Assembly (NCBI GenBank): GCA_965235115.1
Contig: OZ249436.1
Location: 15,316,001-15,380,000 of the forward strand
Direction of reading: 5' to 3'
DNA: 64,000 bases
Origin: Laetmonice hystrix
Lineage: Eukaryota
The notes under the pieces are model-generated. The model made no database searches. It was not told the origin of the DNA and saw only the letters and a program-made list of their open reading frames with translations. Below are positions 26,201 through 33,977 of the stretch, piece by piece (the first letter of the stretch is position 1; each line of letters starts with the position of its first letter). A program made the position numbers and the translations under genes.

Positions 26201-29200
26201 GGTGGTGGTGGTAGTTGTAGTGGTAGAAATGTGACATTGTATCATTGCAGGTTCAGAAGACAGTTCCACCATGTCCAAGAGCTTCAGACTAGCTGATGTT
26301 GAGCGAACTTCACCGTCAGCATCACCGCACCTCACCACAACTGACTGGAAGTTATGCCTCATATGTCAAGAGGACAAGACGGAGACACTGACCAAACCTG
26401 ACCAATTAAAGAGAAAAGACATTGGGAGTGGGTACAGTTCACTCGCAGAGAACTTGGTCAAATTCAGTGAACTTGGATAGCTTCCAGGATCATTTCACCT
26501 GGAAAGACTCGATGATGGTCATGGCATTGAAGCTGCGATGGTTGCACACAGTGCACAATATCATCAGACATGCAGGCCCCAGTACAACAACACCAAACTG
26601 CAGAGAGCACAAAAGAGAGCACTCAAGAAAGAAGGTGAGAGCGATGAGGAACAAGCTGCATGCAAACGCACCAGGTCACATTCACGCTCATCAAATACAG
26701 AGAAGAAGGTACCAGGAACTTGTTTCTTCTGTGAACAACCTGCTGGGGCTGACAGTCTTCGGAAAGCTGCAACATTCCAAATGGACAGACGGGTGCGTGC
26801 CTGTGCAACCCTTCTTGGTGATACAGAACTGCTGGGCCGTCTCAGTGGTGGGGACATGGTAGCGTTGGACGCCCAGTATCACCCACGGTGCTTGACAGGA
26901 CTTTACAATCGCACAAGAAAGGCCCAGTCAACAGGATCACAGGACACAAACCAAGAGCGAACAATGTCGGCAGTTGTCTTCGCTGAACTCGCCCTCTACA
27001 TTGAAGAAAGCAGACAAGATGAGGAGATGGCACCAGTATTCAGATTGGCTGATCTTGTCCAGCTCTATCAGTCCAGAATGGAACAGCTAGGAGTCCAGCT
27101 CGACACGTGTTTGACGCTGTTGAACTTCAGTATCTGGGCTGTGGCAATTGCTGCATTAGTGTCTGCCATCTGTTCCTTGATGCTGGGTCCCTCTAGGATC
27201 ATACTGACTAGGGCAAGCAGCAACGGTGGCACAGGTTCTTCTTGACATCCTTCAGGGAATCCTGTGAAGGGCTTGGCTTCTCCAAACATGTGACGGCGAA
27301 CAATCTGTGCAGCACGGGCAAGATGGACTGCATCACTATCACTGTCCAGCTCGCAGGCTTTGGCAAGAGCAGCACCGACATCTTCTTCAAATGCCATCAG
27401 GATGTCTCTCCCCTTGGTGTGTGCCCGCATGCAGCCGATACGCATGTTCTCCTCTTCTTCAAGAAGAGAGACTGGCGTTAGTCTCCACTCCTTCAAGAAC
27501 AGAGACCTTGCCCATTCCGACCAGTGGTGGGCGTAAGAAATGGAGACTTTCTTCTTGAAAAATGAGAGCAGGTGTATACATTTTGACAAGGAAACTAAAT
27601 TCTATCCTAACCCTATCCCTGACCTTAACCCTAACCCCTAACCCCTATCCCTATCCCTGACCTTAACCTTAACCCTAACCCCTGCCCAAACATTTCGTGG
27701 AAAGTTATCATGGGGGAAGAACCCATTGGCTTAACTACCTAGGTGAGATATTCACCTGCTGACCTGCTCGCTGAAGCGGAACCGAGGCGGCAAGGTGATT
27801 GGACACCTAGCTAGTCTCCATTGGAAGAAGAAAGTCTCCATTTCTTACGCCCACCACTGGGCGGAATGGAGAAGGTCTCTGTTCTTGAAGGAGTGGAGAC
27901 TAACGCCAGTCTCTCTTCTTGAAGAAGAGGAGAACATGCGTATCAGGTCCGCATGTCAGGAAACTGAGCCAGCCGTTTCTGTTTCAGTCGTGTGGAGTGG
28001 ACTCGCGTGTCGAGCTGGACTTCTTGCTGTTCCATTCTGGACTGATAGAGCTGGACAAGATCAGCCAATCTGAATACTGGTGCCATCTCCTCATCTTGTC
28101 TGCTTTCTTCAATGTAGAGGGCGAGTTCAGCGAAGACAACTGCCGACATTGTTCGCTCTTGGTTTGTGTCCTGTGATCCTGTTGACTGGGCCTTTCTTGT
28201 GCGATTGTAAAGTCCTGTCAAGCACCGTGGGTGATACTGGGCGTCCAACGCTACCATGTCCCCACCACTGAGACGGCCCAGCAGTTCTGTATCACCAAGA
28301 AGGGTTGCACAGGCACGCACCCGTCTGTCCATTTGGAATGTTGCAGCTTTCCGAAGACTGTCAGCCCCAGCAGGTTGTTCACAGAAGAAACAAGTTCCTG
28401 GTACCTTCTTCTCTGTACTCGATGAGCGTGAATGTGACCTGGTGCGTTTGCATGCAGCTTGTTCCTCATCGCTCTCACCTTCTTTCTTGAGTGCTCTCTT
28501 TTGTGCTCTCTGCAGTTTGGTGTTGTTGTACTGGAGCCTGCATGTCTGATGATATTGTGCACCGTGTGCAACCATCGCAGCTTCAATGCCATGACCATCA
28601 TCGAGTCTTTCCAGGTGAAATGATCCTGGAAGCTATCCAAGTTCACTGAATTTGACCAAGTTCTCTGCGAGTGAACTGTACCCACTCCCAATGTCTTTTC
28701 TCTTTAATTGGTCAGGTTTGGTCAGTGTCTCCGTCTTGTCCTCTTGACATATGAGGCATAACTTCCAGTCAGTTGTGGTGAGGTGCGGTGATGCTGACGG
28801 TGAAGTTCGCTCAACATCAGCTAGTCTGAAGCTCTTGGACATGGTGGAACTGTCTTCTGAACCTGCAATGATACAATGTCATATTTCTACCACTACAACT
28901 ACCACCACCACCAGAATCAAGTCAATAGCTGCATTATGTCCAGAGATAATCGCAAATGTAGATTTCAAGTGGCGGCCATTTTGAAATCCAATATGGCGGC
29001 CAATACTTGACAATACCAAGTTGAAATTGGTAGCATTGGATTCCTTGCCCAAAAAAACATACATTTAGATACCAGAATCAAGTCAATAGCTGCATTATGT
29101 CCAGAGATAATCACAAATGTAGATTTCAAGTGGCGGCCATTTTGAAATCCAATATGGCGGCCATTACTTGACAATACCAAGTTGAAATTGGTAGCATTGG

Positions 29201-31060
29201 ATTCCTTGCCCCCAAAAACATACATTTAGATACCAGAATCAAGTCAATAGCTGCATTATGTCCAGAGATAATCGCAAATGTAGATTTCAAGTGGCGGCCA
29301 TTTTGAAATCCAATATGGCAGCCAATACTTGACAATAACAAGTTGAAATTGGTAGCATTGGATTCCTTGCCCCCAAAAACATACATTTAGATACCAGAAT
29401 CAAGTCAATAGCTGCATTATGTCCAGAGATAATCGCAAATGTAGATTTCAAGTGGCGGCCATTTTGAAATCCAATATGGCGGCCAATACTTGACAATAAC
29501 AAGTTGAAATTGGTAGCATTGGATTCCTTGCCCCCAAAAACATACATTTAGATACCAGAATCAAGTCAATAGCTGCATTATGTCCAGAGATAATCGCAAA
29601 TGTAGATTTCAAGTGGCGGCCATTTTGAAATCCAATATGGCGGACATAAGGAGAGAATTTCAAGTGGCCCAATATCTGAAAATGTTCGCAACATATTAAT
29701 TTACATTTGTGCCAAATTTGGTGCTTGTATCACAAAATGCACAACAGGTTTGCTATGCCGCCCCACTACGAGGCAATAGTGCTGCCACCACTCGGGAAAG
29801 ACAGGAACTCCATTATTTCGAGTCTCCCATTGGCATTGCTCCTCAGCCATGTCTGAGGCAACCTGAAAAACGTTTGCTGTCTTCTCCTTGTCCTCCAGTC
29901 AATCATTTTCTAGATGGCACCAGAATATCTTTCTGCCAAATCTTATAAACTACCCTGGGTTTACCTGGAAATACCCAAACGTGAGAAAGGAACAATTTTC
30001 TAGGGGGATAACCAAGGGGAGTGCTCCCGTAAAGATTTCAAATAGTGCTCAAACATTGCGTAAGGAAATTTTATTTTAATGTACAACATAAAGCAAAATA
30101 TAATACCGAGTGATCGTACATTGAAAAACAATGGTACATTTCGACAGAAATTTGACTAACTCCCGGTTCATACCGACTAGGGTACATATGGGCAGCGGTT
30201 ACTGGTACAATGCAAAATATTTCCCCCTGGGAATTTTTTTTGGGGGGGGGGGGGGGGAGTAGCTGAATAATGGGGGGGGGGGGAGTCTCCCCCTTTAAGG
30301 CCTAACCCAAGCAATCTGTTTGGATTCAGCATTTATTCAAACGAAGATAATAGATTCTAAATATACACTGCCAAATTAAAAACTAGATGGGGTGTGTCAC
30401 TGGCAGTCACAGTGACTGTGTGTGATGGCTGACGTGACGAGGACTAGTATTTAATTTAGGCAGGGGTTATTCTGCCGGCGTATATAGGCCTACTGCAATA
30501 CTGGGGTGTGTTTCACAACAATCGTAACCCCGTCGTGCTTAAAAATCCCCATTGAAAACACATTGGTGTTGATACGACAAGCTTACGACAGATTGTGAAA
30601 AGCATCCCTGGATTCTTATTGGATGATGTCTGACGGCAGAATAGCAGATTACGCCAATTTACGGTATCTAATTAGTCATTTTATTTTAGTGCTTAATTAA
30701 CAACAATTTTGGGAATAAACTAACACTAACCCTAGGCCTAACCCGAACCCTAACCCATTGTTTCGTGTCGGTAATTAGTCAAACTAATTTATTTATTCTG
30801 CCGTCTGACGGCAGAATAACCAGTGCCAGTGCCTGTGGCCAGGATTAGCCTACCTGTTCCGTCGCAGCAAGACAGTAAGCCGGTCGTGCAAACCTGGGTT
30901 GAATGGGAATTTTTGACACCATCTTTGAACATTCTGTGATCCGATTCTAATATTTTAACTGTTACACAAACTTACCATGCTGCATTGGAACTCCATGAGG
31001 CATACTCTGAACGGAATTCGCTGGATTGACAGTTCGATAGTTTGTATGTGGATCCGCCAT
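2281..31060 (-). CDS. SEC24B: Protein transport protein Sec24 (SEC24A/B-type COPII coat subunit), 23 coding exons, about 1295 aa
   Basis: Exons in transcript order, all GT-AG with consistent phases, total 3888 nt: 30976-31060 ([11 protein letters not shown]...), 17718-18554 (Pro/Gly/Gln-rich), 13665-13778, 12354-12422 ([13 protein letters not shown], resembling the YDALEGG motif I recall in SEC24B), 11975-12204, 11539-11670, 10402-10691, 10083-10185 ([23 protein letters not shown]), 9599-9725 (zinc finger [12 protein letters not shown]...WKCNLC), 9240-9349, 8994-9060 ([16 protein letters not shown]), 8651-8815, 8222-8379, 5947-6048, 5599-5722, 5171-5329 ([14 protein letters not shown]), 4695-4865 ([15 protein letters not shown]), 4379-4489 (ERRIRVHT), 4010-4188, 3610-3747, 3222-3419 (gelsolin-like), 2724-2827, 2281-2395 ([29 protein letters not shown]). 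Probably the single A/B co-ortholog. The low-complexity N-terminal exons are less certain. Confidence 0.95.
2425..2468. repeat. (TTTA)n microsatellite
   Basis: Run of TTTA/TTAT units in the last SEC24 intron. Confidence 0.8.
9804..9969. mobile_element. Short MITE in a SEC24 intron
   Basis: TIRs CAGGGCTCGAA / TTCGAGCCCTG with AACAA on both flanks. Confidence 0.65.
16127..16237. repeat. 48-bp tandem duplication (about 2.3 copies)
   Basis: TGTCTCCCCCTTACAACGTTTTATATTCTATGACTTGACATGCTGAG occurs twice, plus a partial copy. Confidence 0.85.
22199..22369. mobile_element. PIF/Harbinger-like MITE
   Basis: TIRs GGGTCCGTTCCACTAA / TTAGTGGAACGGACCC with CTG duplicated on both sides, and internal palindromic AAAGACGTCTTT repeats. 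Confidence 0.8.
23398..23728 (+). mobile_element. tRNA-derived SINE with Deu/Nin-like central domain
   Basis: A box TGGCGCAGTGG and B box GGTTCGATCC. The central GCACGTTAAAGATCCCTTGGCAC...GAGTAGGGG resembles the Deu/Nin core as I recall it, and the tail is ...GGCGTTAAACACCAACT. Perfect 15-bp TSD ATCTGACAGAAAATA at 23383-23397 and 23729-23743. Confidence 0.9.
24815..25339. mobile_element. Kolobok-like non-autonomous DNA transposon
   Basis: TTAA|AGGGGCAT...ATGCCCCT|TTAA: short TIRs starting with purines, plus a TTAA target duplication. Confidence 0.6.
25631..26203 (+). repeat. 161-bp subterminal tandem repeat, about 3.6 copies
   Basis: The unit CCGCCATATTGGATTTCAAAATGGCCGCCACTTGAAATC... recurs every 161 bp (ORF starts 25727, 25888, 26049). 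Confidence 0.95.
26271..27107 (+). pseudogene. Inverted duplicate of the truncated transposase
   Basis: Near-identical reverse complement of 28006-28842, with the same premature stop (26478-26480) and a few substitutions (HSAQ/HGAQ, CRPQ/CRLQ, SNT/SST, QLGV/QQEV). Confidence 0.85.
27108..28842 (-). pseudogene. Truncated Academ-like transposase (N-terminal part), primary copy
   Basis: ATG at 28842 ([11 protein letters not shown]...), premature TAG at 28633-28635, same frame continues ([12 protein letters not shown]...LAQFPDMR). It is interrupted by a MITE at 27432-27948, resumes ([17 protein letters not shown]...[11 protein letters not shown]) and breaks off at about 27108. Confidence 0.8.
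27432..27948. mobile_element. Non-autonomous TIR element (MITE) nested in the transposase, with a telomere-like internal tract
   Basis: 120-bp inverted repeats at 27437-27556 and 27825-27944. CCGCATG is duplicated at 27425-27431 and 27949-27955. Removing the element restores the transposase frame (QFPDMRAHTKG). A degenerate (CCCTAA)n tract lies at 27606-27682. Confidence 0.85.
28910..29643 (-). repeat. 161-bp subterminal tandem repeat, about 4.6 copies, inverted relative to 25631-26203
   Basis: Same unit on the minus strand (ORF starts 29064, 29225, 29386, 29547). Confidence 0.95.
30465..30821. mobile_element. Small TIR element with palindromic ends and a CCCTAA-like tract, left end split by an insertion
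   Basis: GGTTATTCTGCCG (30465) ... TCTGACGGCAGAATAG (about 30629), and right end TTATTCTGCCGTC-T-GACGGCAGAATAACC (30793-30821). CTAACACTAACCCTAGGCCTAACCCGAACCCTAACCC lies at 30720-30756. Confidence 0.6.
30504..30607. mobile_element. Short PIF/Harbinger-like MITE
   Basis: CTG|GGGTGTGTTTCACAA...TTGTGAAAAGCATCC|CTG: imperfect TIRs with a CTG duplication. Confidence 0.55.
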
Positions 31061-31361
31061 CTTGAAGTTGCGCTGCGATGTCTCTAAATAGGAAAGGTTC
31101 AGACCTTCCTAGTACTTTCCCCAACGTGCTACTAGTTCACCCCTTCCTTGGAAAATTAAATTTATATATCTGCCAACAGAAAATTTAAAAAGCGATAATC
31201 TCCCGTCTATTCATCGCATAATTTGACATCTTTAAAGTTACCGTTTACCGCAGATGTTCGCACAGTTTGATCCGGAAGTGGACTCTTATCACACATGCGC
31301 AATTTCTATCAACGTGGCATTCCCGTGATTCAAAGATTTCCTCCCACACGCTAGAGGGCGC
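31054..31361 (-). promoter_or_regulatory. SEC24 proximal promoter motifs (YY1-, ETS-, CREB3L/XBP1- and CTCF-like)
   Basis: AAGATGGCGG over the ATG (plus CCGCCATCTT, 31054-31063), CCGGAAGTG at 31272-31280, ACGTGGCA at about 31312, CACGCTAGAGGGCGC at 31347-31361. These are motif matches only. Confidence 0.45.
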
Positions 31362-32009
31362 CTATGTCCCCAAAGAAAGATTTTTTTTTCCACACCCCCA
31401 AAGCCCTACAAATGACCCCCCCCCCCCCCCCCGGCACGTGCTCTGTGTGCCGAAAGAGCGGCGTTAAAAATCCAGTCGCCAAATTATTATTAGGCCTAGG
31501 AAAAAGCTGATGAAGCAGAGCTCTCTGCATGGACATGCCATGCATGGAGGAATTTCTTCTTTAATTTTCTTTTCTTTTTGCTGAAAACATTTAGGCCTAA
31601 TTCCCATTTGCTGAAGGGATCACGCATGAAAAACTTGATTGAATCATGATTTAATGGCTGTCGACCATTAGGCATGGGCCTATAGAGTCTAGATTCTAAC
31701 CCCTCTGGCTCTAGGGTGTGTGTGTGTGACGTGTCCAGGATTTTCAGCCCGGGGGGGGGGGGGGGGGGGGCGTCTCACTGAGGAAATGAGAAGCTCTCTA
31801 AGACGCATTTCATTTCAGGGTCATTTTAGGGCATTAGGCCTATATTTTGTGGATTAATCGCATCAATTAGTGAGATAAAGTATGCAGGCTCCTGTAATGG
31901 TTTTCACACGCACCAAACGGCCTGCGGGGTCAACGGTAGGCAGGATGACCCGATGTGTGCACAGTGCTCAGTGCGCCAGACATTCAACCGCTTCCTGATT
32001 AAGCAAATC

Positions 32010-33530
32010 CACAAGATATTCACGGGATAAAGACCACGTGCTTTTCACGTGGTATTCTGGATGTATTTTATTTATCACGAGAGAAACACGTGAAAAACAC
32101 GTCATGAAATCACAAGATAACGTAGCATTCTGGATGTAGGCCTATTTTTATTTGTCACGAGAGAAACACGTGAAAAACACGTCATGAATTCACAAGATAG
32201 CCACGGGATAAAGACCACGTGCTTTCTACGTGGCATTTTGCACATGTGTTTTATTTGTCGCCAGAGAAACACGTGAAAAACAGGTCATGAATTCATGCAC
32301 AAGATATTCACGGGAAAAAGACCACGTGCTTTCTACGTGGCATTCTGCATGTGTTTTATTTGTCGCCAGAGAAACACGTGAAAAACAGGCCACGAATGCA
32401 CAAGATATTCACGGGAAAAAGACCACGTGCTTTCTACGTGGCATTCTGCATGTGTTTTATTTGTCGTCAGAGAAACAGGTGAAAAACAGGTCATGAATGC
32501 ACAAGATATTCACAGGATAAAGACCACGTGCTTTCCACGTGGCATTCTTGATGTGTTTTATTTGTCGCCAGAGAAACACGTGAAAAACAGGTCATGAATG
32601 CACAAGATATTCACAGGATAAAGACCACGTGCTTTCCACGTGGCATTCTTGATGTGTTTTATTTGTCGCCAGAGAAACAGGTGAAAAACAGGTCATGAAT
32701 GCACAAGATATTCACAGGATAAAGACCACGTGCTTTCCACGTGGCATTCTTGATGTGTTTTATTTGTCGCCAGAGAAACACGTGAAAAACAGGTCATAAA
32801 TGCACAAGATATTCACAGGATAAAGACCACGTGCTTTCCACGTGGCATTCTTGATGTGTTTTATTTGTCGCCAGAGAAACACGTGAAAAACAGGCCATGA
32901 ATGCACAAGATATTCACGGGATAAAGACCACGTGCTTTCTTGGCATTCTGTAGGCCTATAGGCCTATGTGTTTTATTTGTCGCCAGAGAAACACGTGAAA
33001 AACAGGTCATGAATGCACAAGATATTCACGGGAAAAAGACCACGTGCTTTCTACGTGGCATTCTGCATGTGTTTTATTTGTCACCAGAGAAACACGTGAT
33101 AAACACGTCATGAATCCACAAGATATTCATCGGATAAAGACGACGTGCTTTTCACGTGGCATTCTGGATGTATTTTATTTGTCACGAGAGAAACACGTCA
33201 TGAATTCACAAGATAGCTACGGGGTAAGGACCACGTGCTTTTCACGTGGAATTCTGCATGTGATTATTTGTCGATCACCAGAGAAACACGTGAAAAACAG
33301 GTCATGAATGCACAAGATAGACTAGGCCCTAGGCCTATTCACGGGATAAAGACCACGTGCTTTCCACGTGGCATTCTGCATGTGTTTTATTTGTCACGAG
33401 AGAAACACGTGAAAAAAACGTAGCCTAATGAATCCACAAGATATTCACGGGATAAAGATGAGGTGTGTTTTTCAATTTCACGTGGCATTCTGGATATTGA
33501 TGATTAGGCACCAGTAAAACACGTGATAAA
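32010..33530. repeat. 101-bp tandem array (about 15 units), CACGTG-rich, between the divergent SEC24 and FAM234 starts
   Basis: ACAAGATATT recurs at 32501, 32602 and 32703. Unit: CACAAGATATTCACRGGATAAAGACCACGTGCTTTCCACGTGGCATTCTTGATGTGTTTTATTTGTCGCCAGAGAAACACGTGAAAAACAGGTCATGAATG. Central copies are most homogeneous and edge copies are degenerate. Confidence 0.95.
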
Positions 33531-33977
33531 CACGTTCACGCAGCCCACCAGTAATTCACGAGGCAAATAGCCTATCACGTGGTATTCATACACGTGGTGA
33601 CACCACGAATCACGGGATTTCCATCTGCAGACCACGTGGTTTTTTGCCTCACGTGTGCTCCGCTGGGAAGGGGGGGGGGGGGGTCAGGGGTAACAGTCAT
33701 GCAGTCACACGTAGGGGCCTAATTTGTTACACGTGCTTTACCCGTGTTTTCGAGTTCCTATCAGGGCCCCCCTTGTCCCCCCGGTTCCGGCGCCTGTGTA
33801 TAGATCTAGGCCTAGGCTATGAAATAGGCCACGCTACGCCGGAGTTGCAGCGCAAAAAAAAACCCTCACCCGCGTCGAGTAGTAGCAAAAAAGTGGAATT
33901 TGGAGCAGGCGCCGAAGGACTAACAACAAAGCAGTTGCATGGAGATCGCCTATCAGTCGAGGGAGGCGGCCACCAAC

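Larger units (their letters stand above)
25496..29768 (-). mobile_element. Academ-like DNA transposon, internally deleted and folded back (inverted-duplication derivative)
   Basis: Termini TAGTGGGGCAGCTTAGC... (25496) and ...GCTATGCCGCCCCACTA (29768). CGA is duplicated on both flanks (25493-25495, 29769-29771). There are 161-bp subterminal arrays at both ends, and transposase-like N-terminal coding sequence ([26 protein letters not shown]). TAG..CTA ends with a 3-bp TSD match Academ as I recall it; no search was run. Confidence 0.75.

Noticed and set aside
25727..26234. Repeated 86-aa ORFs (MYVFGGK...KMAAT), mirrored at 28879-29672
   Set aside because: These are by-products of the 161-bp tandem unit, which is not a multiple of three. 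There is no sign of real coding function.
26538..27245. Intact 235-aa protein gene
   Set aside because: It is a chimeric ORF: a transposase fragment downstream of a premature stop that reads across the inversion junction into antisense sequence.
27606..27682. True telomere or chromosome-fusion scar
   Set aside because: The tract is short, degenerate, in one orientation only, and enclosed within a TIR element.
25496..29768. Assembly or chimeric-read artefact explaining the inverted duplication
   Set aside because: The arms differ by substitutions, repeat copy number and terminal sequence, the loop is unique, and a TSD flanks the whole unit. Long-read confirmation is still desirable.
32010..33530. 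CRISPR array
   Set aside because: The units repeat along their whole length with no unique spacers, there are no cas genes, and the context is eukaryotic.
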